From Candidatus Omnitrophota bacterium (GTDB lineage Bacteria > Omnitrophota > Gorgyraeia > Zapsychrales > Zapsychraceae), in NCBI GenBank assembly GCA_029261055.1, contig JAJDCA010000026.1:5747-69746 (forward strand): 64,000 nucleotides of DNA. The letters are read 5' to 3'. Shown here one piece after another: positions 19,666 to 29,558 of the stretch. Made by a program: the position numbers and the translations under genes. Under the pieces are notes generated by a model. That model saw only the letters and a program-made list of their open reading frames with translations, was not told the DNA's origin and did not search any database. The stretch's first letter is position 1. Each line of letters begins with the position of its first letter.

Positions 19666-19743
19666 CCGTACAGGAAAGTATAAAACTTTCCTGTCGGCAC
19701 CAAAAATACGCCGTCAGGTTGTTGCCAAAGACGATTTTCTTGG
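19666..19743 (+). promoter_or_regulatory. 78-nt conserved 5'-UTR motif with an 8-bp stem (CAGGAAAG-TATAAAA-CTTTCCTG); a second copy is at 61604-61680
   Basis: The two copies are about 85% identical, and the stem base pair covaries (C-G versus T-A). Confidence 0.5.
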
Positions 19744-19749
19744 AGAAAA

Positions 19750-22080
19750 ATGAAGAAAAAATTTTACATCTTAATACTTCTTGCTTTATCCATTTCCTTT
19801 TTTCCTGCCAAAGTATTTGCTCAGTCGATAGAAGAGCCTTCTTCTTTTGGGAACGAATCAATCGTTGTTAAAGCGATTGAAGTTGAAGGCAATAAAACTA
19901 TTAGTCTCGCAACAATTTTATCAAGAATCAAAACCCGTGTGGGGCAAAACTATATACAATCTGTCATCAGCGATGATTTGAAACGGTTATACAATACGGG
20001 GTATTTTTCTAATGTGCGTGTGGACCGGCAGGAGCATGAGGGTGGGTTCAAAGTGATTATTTATTTAGAAGAAAAGGCCATTGTTGAAGAGGTTACTTTT
20101 TCTAAAACGCGTGCACTAAACCAAAGAGCTTTTTCCAGAAAATTAAAAACGCAGGCAGGTAAATTTTTAGATAAAAAAGCTTTGCAAGATGATATAAAAA
20201 CAATTAAAGAACTTTATGCAAAAAAAGGTTTAACTCAGGCAGAAGTTGATGTGGAAACATTTGTTGATGAGGTGACAAATAAAGCAAGTTTACATTTTGT
20301 TATAAGAGAAGGGCATCGCGTTAGAATTAGGCGAATTCATATTACAGGAAATGATAGTTTTAAAGATAAAAAGATTCTACGGGTTATTAAGACACGACGG
20401 AAACTTTTTTATAGATCTGGACATCTTAAAGACGAAGTGTTGGATGAAGATATGGAACGAATTTCTTCTTTTTATGAGCAGCGAGGATTTATTGATGCGC
20501 GAGCTGAACATTCTTTAGAATATTTATATAAAGGTTACGTTGATGTTAATATTCAGATTCATGAAGGAAGTCGGTATTTTGTAGGCAGCATTGTTATTGC
20601 CGGCAATAATATTATTTCCAATCGTGAAGTTTTAAGGGTTATGGAAGAAATTGAAGAAGGTAATGTGTTTAGTCGTGAAAAGTTATCTCTTGATCTAGCG
20701 CATATTCGTACATTATATTTTGATAGAGGGTATATATTTGCCGACGTTAATGAGTCTACCGCTTTAAATCCATCTACTGGTAAAGTGGCTATAAAAATAG
20801 ATATTACGGAAGGTGGGTTAGCTTTTATCGATAAGGTTAAAATTCAGGGGAATACGCGAACAAGGGATATTGTTATCCGTCGGGAATTAAAAATGTATCC
20901 TGGGGATCGTTTTGATGGTGCAAAACTTCGACGGAGCAAAGAAAAATTGAATAATTTAGGGTATTTTGAAGATGTGAGTTTTGATCTCGAAGATGCAAGT
21001 GCGTTTGACAGGAAAGATCTTGTTGTCCAAGTGAAAGAAGCGAAGACAGGAAGTTTTAGCTTTGGTGGTGGGTTCAGTACGGTTGATCGCGTGGTAGGTT
21101 TTGTTGAGGTAGAACAAAGAAATTTTGATATTACAAATTGGCCTACATTTACAGGTGGTGGGCAGAGGCTCCAATTGCGAGCAGAAACGGGATCCACAAA
21201 AAATAATCTTTTGTTAAGTTTTACTGAACCATGGATAATGGATTATCCGATATCGGGAGGTTTTGATCTTTATCGAAGCGAAAGAGATCGAGAAAGAGAT
21301 GTTGGGTTTTCTTATGATGAAGAGAAAGCAGGGGGAGATATTCGGCTTGGAAAACGATTCACAGACTATGTTTCCGGCACGGTTTCTTATAAATTTGAAG
21401 AGGTAACCATTGAAAACTTTGAGGATAACGTAACCGCTGATTTGCTTGCTGAGGAAGGGACGAATACTGTGAGTGTTCTAGGATTTAATCTCAAAAGAGA
21501 CTCCCGGGATAGTGTGTTTAGTCCAAGAAAAGGTTTTACGGTTAATGGTGGCTTTGATATTGCTGGTGGACTTTTAGGAGGCGACAAAGATTTCTTTAGG
21601 TTGCAGGGTGGTGGGAATTATTATATGCCTTTGAAATTTAAATCAGTTTTGGAATTTCGAGCTAGAGCGGGGATTGTGGATGGTTATGGAGATGGGGAAG
21701 ATTCAAAGGTGCCTATTTTTGAAAGGTTTTTTGCTGGAGGAGCCAGAACAATTCGAGGTTTTGATGAACGGCAGGTTGGCCCATTAGATCCAAGTAATAA
21801 CGATCCTATCGGTGGTGAGGCGCTTTTGGTTGCGAATATTGAGTATACGATTCCTGTTATAGAGTTTTTGAAATTAGCTGCATTTTTTGATACGGGTAAT
21901 GTTTGGGCTGATGCTAAAGATTTTGGTTCTGGAGGTTTAAAATCTGGTGTAGGATTTGGCGCTCGTGTTAAAACGCCTATTGGACCTGTTAATTTAGATT
22001 ACGGATATCCGTTAAGTGACGAACCTGGTGAAGAAGGTAAGTCAGGAAAATTTTATTTTAGTGTAAGTCGAGGGTTTTAA
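19750..22080 (+). CDS. bamA: Outer membrane protein assembly factor BamA (five POTRA domains plus an Omp85 barrel)
   Basis: Signal peptide, POTRA-like repeats and a C-terminal barrel ending ...YFSVSRGF (aromatic terminus). Confidence 0.85.
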   Translation: MKKKFYILILLALSISFFPAKVFAQSIEEPSSFGNESIVVKAIEVEGNKTISLATILSRIKTRVGQNYIQSVISDDLKRLYNTGYFSNVRVDRQEHEGGFKVIIYLEEKAIVEEVTFSKTRALNQRAFSRKLKTQAGKFLDKKALQDDIKTIKELYAKKGLTQAEVDVETFVDEVTNKASLHFVIREGHRVRIRRIHITGNDSFKDKKILRVIKTRRKLFYRSGHLKDEVLDEDMERISSFYEQRGFIDARAEHSLEYLYKGYVDVNIQIHEGSRYFVGSIVIAGNNIISNREVLRVMEEIEEGNVFSREKLSLDLAHIRTLYFDRGYIFADVNESTALNPSTGKVAIKIDITEGGLAFIDKVKIQGNTRTRDIVIRRELKMYPGDRFDGAKLRRSKEKLNNLGYFEDVSFDLEDASAFDRKDLVVQVKEAKTGSFSFGGGFSTVDRVVGFVEVEQRNFDITNWPTFTGGGQRLQLRAETGSTKNNLLLSFTEPWIMDYPISGGFDLYRSERDRERDVGFSYDEEKAGGDIRLGKRFTDYVSGTVSYKFEEVTIENFEDNVTADLLAEEGTNTVSVLGFNLKRDSRDSVFSPRKGFTVNGGFDIAGGLLGGDKDFFRLQGGGNYYMPLKFKSVLEFRARAGIVDGYGDGEDSKVPIFERFFAGGARTIRGFDERQVGPLDPSNNDPIGGEALLVANIEYTIPVIEFLKLAAFFDTGNVWADAKDFGSGGLKSGVGFGARVKTPIGPVNLDYGYPLSDEPGEEGKSGKFYFSVSRGF

Positions 22081-22089
22081 TGTTAGTCA

Positions 22090-22132
22090 TCAGACGTCAG
22101 TGATTTACTGATGGCTGACGACTGATGTCTGA
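22090..22132 (+). terminator. Stem-loop (12-bp stem TCAGACGTCAGT/ACTGATGTCTGA with one G-T wobble) after bamA
   Basis: Inverted repeat read directly; no clear U-tract follows. Confidence 0.35.
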
Positions 22133-22175
22133 AAGCCAAAAGTTCCGTCGAAGGCGGCCTAATTTAAGGAGATTT

Positions 22176-22682
22176 ATGATGAAGAAATATAAAATTATTT
22201 TTGCAATGTTTTTAGTTTTGAGTTTTATTGCTACAGGCGCGTATGCGGCTAAAAAAGATACAAAGATCGGATTTGTTGATTTGAGCCGTTTGTTTGATGA
22301 ATATCATCGCACCAAAGATTATGACAAGATTTTAGAGGCTGAACATAAAGGATTTGAAAAAGAGCGTAATGCAAAGATTGAAAAAATACGTGAATCGAAC
22401 GGGAAATTAAGTTTATTGACTGATGATAAAAAGGGAGCTCTTGAGGAAGAAATTGAGCAGTTGAAGGCTGAATTGTTAGAATATGATCGTCAGAAAAAAG
22501 AAGATATGACGAAAAAAAGAAATGAAAAGATTCGAGAATTATTGTTAGAAATTGAGAAGGTTGTTAGTGATTATGCTGAAGCGGAAAAATATACGATTAT
22601 GTTAAATGATCGGGTACTTATTTATGGCAATCAAGAGTTTAACGAAACAGAAAATATTTTAAAAATTCTGAATAAGAATTAA
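22176..22682 (+). CDS. skp: Periplasmic chaperone Skp/OmpH family
   Basis: Signal peptide [26 protein letters not shown]-rich coiled-coil content, and the conserved bamA-skp-lpxD order. Confidence 0.7.
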   Translation: MMKKYKIIFAMFLVLSFIATGAYAAKKDTKIGFVDLSRLFDEYHRTKDYDKILEAEHKGFEKERNAKIEKIRESNGKLSLLTDDKKGALEEEIEQLKAELLEYDRQKKEDMTKKRNEKIRELLLEIEKVVSDYAEAEKYTIMLNDRVLIYGNQEFNETENILKILNKN

Positions 22683-22690
22683 TCATTCAC

Positions 22691-23731
22691 ATGGATAAAA
22701 CCTTAGCCGAAATAGCCAAGATTGTGGGAGGCGAGGTTGTCGGTGATGAAAATATAATCATAACAGGAATCAATGGTCTTCAAGAAGCAAAAAAAGGTGA
22801 CTTGACTTTTGTTGCTGATTCTAAATTTATTTCACTTGCAAAAACGACAGAAGCCACAGCCCTTATAGTTTCTCGAGATGTTCAAATCCCGGGAAAGGCT
22901 TGTATCCTTACGGATAATCCTTCCTTTTCTTTTTCCAAAATTATTTCATTTATTTATGAACAAGACCAATGTCGTATTGGGGGAATACACCCATCTGCGG
23001 TAATTGATAAAGAGGCTGTAATTGGTAAAAATGTGGCTATAGGGCCTTGTGTTGTGGTTGAAGGCCAGGTTATATTAGGAGACAATACGGTTATTCATAG
23101 TGGATGCCATATTGGGTATAAGACCAAGATTGGGCAGAATTGTCAGATTTATCCTAATGTGACGATTCGCGAGAAAGTTGAAATAGGTCAGAAAGTCATT
23201 ATTCATAGTGGAGCTGTTGTGGGTGCGGATGGTTTTGGATTTACAGAAGTAGATGGTGTTCACGAAAAAATTCCTCAAATTGGGACCGTTTGTATTGAAG
23301 ATGATGTAGAAATTGGAGCCAATGTTACGATTGATCGCGCACGATTTGATAAAACGATTATCGGACGAGGGACAAAGATTGATAATTTAGTACAGATTGC
23401 GCATAATGTTGTCATCGGAGAAAATTGTATTGTTGTTTCTCAGACTGGGATTTCTGGTAGCGTGCATATTGGCAATCGAGCTATTTTAGCCGGACAAGTA
23501 GGAGTTGTTGGGCATCTCACTATAGGCGAGGGTGCCGTTGTTACAGGACGAGCCGTTGTCAGGAAATCTATTCCTTCGTTTACAAAGGTTTCCGGCGACC
23601 CTGCTAGGCCTCATATTGAAGAGCTGAGAGGGCAAATCCATATTAAAAAATTACCGGAATATATAAAAAAAATTGATGATTTGGAAAAGAAAATTAAAAT
23701 ATTGGAAAAAAGGATAGAGGGTAAAGGGTAA
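22691..23731 (+). CDS. lpxD: UDP-3-O-acylglucosamine N-acyltransferase
   Basis: N-terminal LpxD domain followed by hexapeptide left-handed beta-helix repeats. Confidence 0.85.
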   Translation: MDKTLAEIAKIVGGEVVGDENIIITGINGLQEAKKGDLTFVADSKFISLAKTTEATALIVSRDVQIPGKACILTDNPSFSFSKIISFIYEQDQCRIGGIHPSAVIDKEAVIGKNVAIGPCVVVEGQVILGDNTVIHSGCHIGYKTKIGQNCQIYPNVTIREKVEIGQKVIIHSGAVVGADGFGFTEVDGVHEKIPQIGTVCIEDDVEIGANVTIDRARFDKTIIGRGTKIDNLVQIAHNVVIGENCIVVSQTGISGSVHIGNRAILAGQVGVVGHLTIGEGAVVTGRAVVRKSIPSFTKVSGDPARPHIEELRGQIHIKKLPEYIKKIDDLEKKIKILEKRIEGKG

Positions 23732-23740
23732 AAGAAAAAA

Positions 23741-25069
23741 ATGACTCGAAAACAGCAGACAATTAAAGAAGAATTTTCCCTTTCAGGGGTCGGTGTGCAT
23801 ACAGGATGTCAGGTACACTTGACGTGTCAGCCTGCAGGAGAAAATGAAGGGATTAACTTTATCCGCATAGATTTACCCAATAAGCCCGTTATTAAGGCTA
23901 ATTTGTCAAATGTATGTATAGATTCAAAAATTACACGATGCACATCGCTTAGATCAGGTGATGCAATCGTTCACACGGTTGAGCATATCATGAGTGTTTT
24001 ATGTGGCCTTGGCATTGATAATTTAAATATTTTGCTTGATGCCGAAGAGGTTCCTGTTTTAGATGGAAGTGGGATTGATTTTTTTAAAGCCTTTCAAAAT
24101 GTGGGCATTATTGAACAAAATGTAGAATTTCAATTTTATAAAATTATGGAACCCATTGGAGTAGAGCATAATGGATGTGCTATTTATGTTTTTCCAAGTG
24201 ATCAACTTAAAGTTTCGTATTCTCTCGACTACAAACATCCTTTTTTAGGGTCGCAGTTTTTTAATTCTATTGTTGATGAAACCGTGTATGAAAAAGAAAT
24301 TGTTTCTTGTCGGACATTTTGTTTGGAAGAGGAAGCTGATGAGTTGCGGAAGCATGGGTTAGGCAAAGGGGCTAATTATAAAAATACTTTAGTCGTTGGG
24401 GAAAAGGGGGTCAAAGAAAATCAAGTGCGTTTTCCTGATGAATTTGCCCGGCATAAAGTTCTTGATTTGATTGGAGATTTGTATTTATTAGGCATGCCTA
24501 TTCGTGGGCATATTTTTGCGACAAAAAGTGGACATGATTTAAATAGACGATTATTAAAGAAAATTTATCAGCAGAAAAAGAAATATGATAAGCGAGAAGA
24601 AAGAAGTAATTATGATTTTAACGGGAAAGAAATGGATATTCAGGGTATTATGAAGGTTTTGCCGCATCGATATCCATTTTTACTGGTTGATCGTGTCATA
24701 GAAATTGAAAAGGGGAAAAAAGCTATAGGAATTAAGAATGTTACCATGAATGATGACTTTTTTCGGGGGCATTTTCCAACACGACCTGTTATGCCGGGGG
24801 TGTTAATGGTGGAGGCTATGGCGCAGACGGCAGGGGTTATCATATTGACTAATGAGAAACATCGTGGTAAAGTATCTTTTTTTATGGCCGTGAATAATGT
24901 TAAATTTAGAAAGGTTGTTTCGCCAGGCGATCAATTGATTATGGAAGTGGAAATTGTAAAAGATAAGTCAAGAGTATCCCAAGCGAAGGCAAAGGCTAAA
25001 GTAGGTCAGGATGTCGTTGCTGAAGCTGATATGACATTTTCATTTACAGATGCTTCTTATTTAGATTAA
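23741..25069 (+). CDS. lpxC-fabZ: Bifunctional UDP-3-O-acyl-GlcNAc deacetylase / 3-hydroxyacyl-ACP dehydratase (LpxC-FabZ fusion)
   Basis: LpxC N-terminal half (FSLSGVGVHTGCQVHL ... HKVLDLIGDL) and FabZ C-terminal half (LPHRYPFLLVDRV ... FFRGHFP..PVMPGVL). Confidence 0.85.
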   Translation: MTRKQQTIKEEFSLSGVGVHTGCQVHLTCQPAGENEGINFIRIDLPNKPVIKANLSNVCIDSKITRCTSLRSGDAIVHTVEHIMSVLCGLGIDNLNILLDAEEVPVLDGSGIDFFKAFQNVGIIEQNVEFQFYKIMEPIGVEHNGCAIYVFPSDQLKVSYSLDYKHPFLGSQFFNSIVDETVYEKEIVSCRTFCLEEEADELRKHGLGKGANYKNTLVVGEKGVKENQVRFPDEFARHKVLDLIGDLYLLGMPIRGHIFATKSGHDLNRRLLKKIYQQKKKYDKREERSNYDFNGKEMDIQGIMKVLPHRYPFLLVDRVIEIEKGKKAIGIKNVTMNDDFFRGHFPTRPVMPGVLMVEAMAQTAGVIILTNEKHRGKVSFFMAVNNVKFRKVVSPGDQLIMEVEIVKDKSRVSQAKAKAKVGQDVVAEADMTFSFTDASYLD

Positions 25070-25135
25070 TTAGGAATTTCTAGCTTTAAAGAAATTCCAA
25101 AAGGGTCTAATTCCCCGAGGCTTGCCCCGAGGAGT
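25067..25135. repeat. 69-bp dispersed repeat that begins with the stop codon TAA and contains a GGAATTTCT/AGAAATTCC hairpin; identical copy at 58753-58821
   Basis: Exact 69/69 match between the two loci. Confidence 0.8.
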
Positions 25136-25148
25136 TTCACTGTATTCT

Positions 25149-25934
25149 ATGGAAAATGTAAATATTCATAAAACAGCCATTATTCAAGCTGGAGCAAAGC
25201 TGTCTCCTGGAGTTAGCGTTGGGCCATATTCTATTATTGAAGGTAATGTAACGCTTGGCGATAATGTTCGTGTGGGTAGCCATTGCATGATTACGGGCCA
25301 GACGACGATAGGAAAAAATTGCAAAATTTATACAGGAGCAGTGGTAGGAAGCGCGCCGCAAGATATTAAATATTCTGCCGATGATAATGTTTTTCTTAAT
25401 ATTGGTGAAAATAATATTATTCGTGAATATGTGACTATCAATCCGGGTACAGCTGAAGGTGGTGGTAAAACTACCATCGGGGATAATAATTTATTTATGG
25501 CCTATTGTCATATTGCACATGATTGTATTATTGGGAATAATTGTGTGATGGCTAATGCTGCTACTTTAGGGGGGCATGTTACGTTGGAGGATAATGCGGT
25601 TGTGGGTGGGCTTAGTGCTGTGCATCAATTTACCCGGTTAGGACGTCTTTCGATTGTGGGAGGGTGTTCTAAAGTTGTCCAAGATGTACCTCCATTTTCT
25701 ATGTGTGACGGGCATCCGGCACAAGTGGTGCAAATTAATTCTATTGGTTTAAAACGTGCACAACTTTCTTCTAAGGCTATTCGTACGCTTAAACAGGCCA
25801 TGAAAATTTTATTTAAAGAAGGTCTTTCTAAAAAAAGTGCTTTAGAAAAGATTTCTAGTAAACTCGATTTTTCCGAAGAATTAGAACATTTCATATTTTT
25901 TTGTAAAACTTCCCAAAGAGGTTTGTGTAGTTAG
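25149..25934 (+). CDS. lpxA: Acyl-ACP--UDP-N-acetylglucosamine O-acyltransferase
   Basis: MENVNIHKTAIIQAGAKL ... hexapeptide repeats. The track start 25122 is a TTG inside the repeat element. Confidence 0.85.
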   Translation: MENVNIHKTAIIQAGAKLSPGVSVGPYSIIEGNVTLGDNVRVGSHCMITGQTTIGKNCKIYTGAVVGSAPQDIKYSADDNVFLNIGENNIIREYVTINPGTAEGGGKTTIGDNNLFMAYCHIAHDCIIGNNCVMANAATLGGHVTLEDNAVVGGLSAVHQFTRLGRLSIVGGCSKVVQDVPPFSMCDGHPAQVVQINSIGLKRAQLSSKAIRTLKQAMKILFKEGLSKKSALEKISSKLDFSEELEHFIFFCKTSQRGLCS

Positions 25935-26744
25935 ATGGGGTCCAAACGCCTCGGCCTCATTGCCGGAAACGGTAAATTTCCCATCCTGTTCGCACAAAGA
26001 GCCAAGTCTCAAGGCTTTCAAGTCATTGCTGCTGCTATCCGTGGAGACACTTCTCTTTTTTTAAAACCATTTGTCGATAAATTAGCCTGGTTTAAAGCTG
26101 GGGAGCTACAAAAGCTTTTTTCATTTTTTAAGGATCAAGATGTTCAGCAAGTGATTATGGCAGGGCAGGTGAATCAAAATAATCTTTTTGATCCTAATGT
26201 TACATTTGATGATGAGCTACAGTCTTTGTTTCAAGCGTTGAAAGATCGTAAAGCCGATACAATATTTACAGCGGTAGCGGATAAATTAAAGGAACAGGGG
26301 CTTGAATTGGTGGATTCTACTTTTTTAATTAAAGAATATTTAGCCCCTAAGGGTATTTTAACTCAGCGAAAACCAACAGAGGCGGAACAATCAGATATTG
26401 AATTTGGTCGTACCATTGCGAAAGCCATGGGGGGGCTTGACGTCGGTCAGACGGTGGTCATCAAAGACAAAGCCATTGTAGCTATTGAGGCTATGGAGGG
26501 CACGGACCAAACAATTTTACGCGGTGGAAAAATTGCTAGAACAGGTTCTGTTGTTGTTAAAACAAGCAAACCTAACCAAGATATGCGTTTTGACGTCCCT
26601 GTCATAGGCCCACGCACCCTACGAAATATGATTAAGTCCAAGGCAAATTGTTTAGCTATTGAAGCGGAAAAAACGATTGTTATTGACTTGGAAATTTGCT
26701 TAAAATTAGCCAATAAAAATCAAATCAGTATTATTTCTACTTAA
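25935..26744 (+). CDS. lpxI: UDP-2,3-diacylglucosamine hydrolase LpxI family (DUF1009)
   Basis: RLGLIAGNGKFPILFAQRAKSQGFQVIAAAIRG, in the characteristic position after lpxA. Confidence 0.65.
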   Translation: MGSKRLGLIAGNGKFPILFAQRAKSQGFQVIAAAIRGDTSLFLKPFVDKLAWFKAGELQKLFSFFKDQDVQQVIMAGQVNQNNLFDPNVTFDDELQSLFQALKDRKADTIFTAVADKLKEQGLELVDSTFLIKEYLAPKGILTQRKPTEAEQSDIEFGRTIAKAMGGLDVGQTVVIKDKAIVAIEAMEGTDQTILRGGKIARTGSVVVKTSKPNQDMRFDVPVIGPRTLRNMIKSKANCLAIEAEKTIVIDLEICLKLANKNQISIIST

Positions 26745-26786
26745 TTTTAGAGACGAGATAATGCTTTGGTTCTAGCTCTCTTTTCA

Positions 26787-26815
26787 TTGACACCCCGTCG
26801 TATTTTTAATATAAT
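26787..26815 (+). promoter_or_regulatory. Consensus promoter TTGACA-N17-TATAAT upstream of lysS
   Basis: TTGACA at 26787-26792 and TATAAT at 26810-26815. Confidence 0.55.
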
Positions 26816-26899
26816 TCTTTTTCAAAATCTAATCATGTCAATAAACATTCAGGTGTAATTGTATTTGAATTGTTACGGCTTTTAACATATGGAGAACTT

Positions 26900-28360
26900 A
26901 TGGAAGTTGATGAAATAAAGCAGGCTAGGTTAAATAAACTCAATGCGTTGAAGGATAAAGGGGTTGAGCCTTATGGACATCGTTTTGAGCGGACAGAGTG
27001 TATTGCAGCCACATTGGCTGATTTTTCTGAAGAAAAAGAGGTTGTGCTTGCCGGGCGTGTTATGGCGAGTCGTAAGCATGGTAAGGTTATATTTATGGAT
27101 TTGGAAGACCAGTCTGGTCGTATACAACTTTTTGTTAAGGAAAGTGTGATCACTCCGGAACAATTTGAACTTATTCAAAATTTAGATATTGGGGATATTA
27201 TTGGTGCTAGCGGCATTCTTTTTGTTACGAAAACAGGGCAGCAAAGTGTGCGTGTTAAAGGCTTTGAAGTGCTTTCTAAGTCTTTGATGACTTTGCCGGA
27301 AAAATGGCATGGATTAAAAGATGTTGAAGTTCGTTACCGGCAACGTTATGTGGATTTGATTGCGAATAAAGATGTTCGTGAGGTCTTTGTTAAACGAAGT
27401 AAAATTATTTCATTAATACGAACATTTTTAGATAAGCAAAACTTCTTAGAAGTCGAAACGCCCATGCTTCAACCGATGGCTGGTGGGGCACGTGGCCGGC
27501 CGTTTGCGAGTAAGCACAATGCCTATGATATGGATGTGTTTTTAAGGATTGCGCCCGAATTATATTTAAAACGACTTCTCGTCGGTGGCCTGGAACGGGT
27601 TTATGAGATTAACCGTAATTTTCGTAATGAAGGCGTCTCCACACGGCATAATCCAGAATTTACCATGCTTGAGGTGTATCAATCGTATGGTGATTACAGC
27701 GATATGATGAAGCTGACGGAGGATTTAGTAAGTTTATTAGCCAAAGAAATTACAGGCTCATGCAAGGTGATGTATCAAGGGAAAGAAATTGATTTTAGCG
27801 CTCCATGGGAGCGTCGGTCATTTGCAGGGGTTGTTAAGGAAAAATTTGATATTAATCCTGAAGATAATGCCGAAGTGATGTTGGAAAAAGTAAAAAAAAT
27901 AAAAGGGAATAAAATAAAGATTGATAAATTGACGCGGTCAGCGGTTATGACGATTGTGGAAGATGTGCTTGAAGAAGATGAAATTATTAACCCGATTTTT
28001 TTCACAGATTATTTTACTTTTCTTTGTCCTTTAGCTAAAACTAAAAAAGATAACCCTGCCATTTCTGAAAGGTTTGAATGTTTCGTCGCGGGGATGGAAA
28101 TAGGCAATGCTTATTCTGAACTTAATGATCCTCAGGAACAGCGTAGGCGTCTGACCGAAGATTTAGAAGATGATGTCGAAACAGGCAATAGGACTATTGA
28201 TGAAGATTTTCTTAATGCTCTTGAATATGGCATGCCGCCAGCGGGTGGTCTTGGTATCGGTATTGATCGTCTTGTGATGCTTTTAACGGATGCCCCTTCA
28301 ATTCGAGATGTCATTTTGTTTCCCCTTATGAAACCACAGAACTCAGAAGAAGGAAAATAG
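26900..28360 (+). CDS. lysS: Lysine--tRNA ligase (class II)
   Basis: OB-fold N-terminus and class II motifs (FRNEG, GLGIGIDRLVMLLT). Confidence 0.9.
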   Translation: MEVDEIKQARLNKLNALKDKGVEPYGHRFERTECIAATLADFSEEKEVVLAGRVMASRKHGKVIFMDLEDQSGRIQLFVKESVITPEQFELIQNLDIGDIIGASGILFVTKTGQQSVRVKGFEVLSKSLMTLPEKWHGLKDVEVRYRQRYVDLIANKDVREVFVKRSKIISLIRTFLDKQNFLEVETPMLQPMAGGARGRPFASKHNAYDMDVFLRIAPELYLKRLLVGGLERVYEINRNFRNEGVSTRHNPEFTMLEVYQSYGDYSDMMKLTEDLVSLLAKEITGSCKVMYQGKEIDFSAPWERRSFAGVVKEKFDINPEDNAEVMLEKVKKIKGNKIKIDKLTRSAVMTIVEDVLEEDEIINPIFFTDYFTFLCPLAKTKKDNPAISERFECFVAGMEIGNAYSELNDPQEQRRRLTEDLEDDVETGNRTIDEDFLNALEYGMPPAGGLGIGIDRLVMLLTDAPSIRDVILFPLMKPQNSEEGK

Positions 28361-29553
28361 TGAAATACGAAAATTGGATTAGCTATCGATATTTGACGGA
28401 GAAGAAAGGCCGGTTTTTAAGTTTTCTCAATTTTATATCTATTGCGGGTGTGGCTATCGGCGTGATGGCTCTGATTGTTGTTACGGCTGTTATGACGGGT
28501 TTTGGGAATAATCTACGTGAGAAAATTATTGGCACCACGCCGCATATTATGATTGAAAAAGAGACTGGTGTGCAGGATTACACTCAAGTGCAGGAAAAAA
28601 TTAATGCCATTGAAGGCGTCGTGGCATCTGCAGCGTATATTCAGGGGAATATTTTTCTTGAGAATACTGGTCAGGCTATGGGAGTTGCCATTAGAGGTAT
28701 TATTCCCGCAGAAGAAAAACATATTACCAAGGTTGATCAGTATTTAGTTAAAGGTGGTATGGAAGATTTAAAAGGCGATGGGGTTATTGTCGGCAAAGAG
28801 CTTGCCAGATATTTTGGGTACACTTTAGGCGACACGATTACGTTAATTTCTCCAGGCTCAGGGATAGCTGGACAAGGATGGCGTTATTCGCTAACAATTG
28901 TAGGTATTTTTAGCACGGGTATGGTGGATTATGATATGAATCTTGTTTTGGTGTCTTTGCCAAAGGCGCAAGAAATTTTTAATATGTCTGAAGATACGTC
29001 AACAGGTATTGGGGTTAAGGTGGTTAATCCTGATCAAGTGAAAGAGGTGAAAAAACAATTGTATGCTGTTTTAGGGTATGGATTTTTAATTCGTTCGTGG
29101 ATTGATATGAACCGTAATCTTTTTGAAGCTTTATTTCTTGAAAAATGGGGGCTATTTCTTATTTTAACACTCATGATTCTGGTAGCTTCATTTAATATTA
29201 TCAGTACCCTTATTGTTACTGTGACGAGTAAAATTCATGATATTGGAATTTTGCAGTCGATAGGTGTGTCCAAAAAATCTATTCGAAAGATTTTTACGAA
29301 TCAGGGGGTTTTTATCGGGTTTATGGGAATTGCGTTGGGGGTGGTGAGTGGCGTTGGTATATGTTATGTTTTGGGAAATTATATTCAGGTTCCGAAAGAA
29401 ATTTATTCTATTGATCATGTTCCTGTGGACCTGCAAATGTTTGATATGTGTATGATCGTGGGTGCTGCTATGATTATCAGTTATTTGGCGACGATCTATC
29501 CAGCTGCTAAGGCAGCGAACCTTCAGCCGGTTGAGGCGTTGAGGTATGAGTAA
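28360..29553 (+). CDS. lolE: Lipoprotein-releasing system permease (FtsX/MacB-like)
   Basis: N-terminal TM, a MacB-like periplasmic domain and a C-terminal FtsX 3-TM bundle; GTG start. Confidence 0.8.
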   Translation: MKYENWISYRYLTEKKGRFLSFLNFISIAGVAIGVMALIVVTAVMTGFGNNLREKIIGTTPHIMIEKETGVQDYTQVQEKINAIEGVVASAAYIQGNIFLENTGQAMGVAIRGIIPAEEKHITKVDQYLVKGGMEDLKGDGVIVGKELARYFGYTLGDTITLISPGSGIAGQGWRYSLTIVGIFSTGMVDYDMNLVLVSLPKAQEIFNMSEDTSTGIGVKVVNPDQVKEVKKQLYAVLGYGFLIRSWIDMNRNLFEALFLEKWGLFLILTLMILVASFNIISTLIVTVTSKIHDIGILQSIGVSKKSIRKIFTNQGVFIGFMGIALGVVSGVGICYVLGNYIQVPKEIYSIDHVPVDLQMFDMCMIVGAAMIISYLATIYPAAKAANLQPVEALRYE

Positions 29554-29558
29554 TTGTA

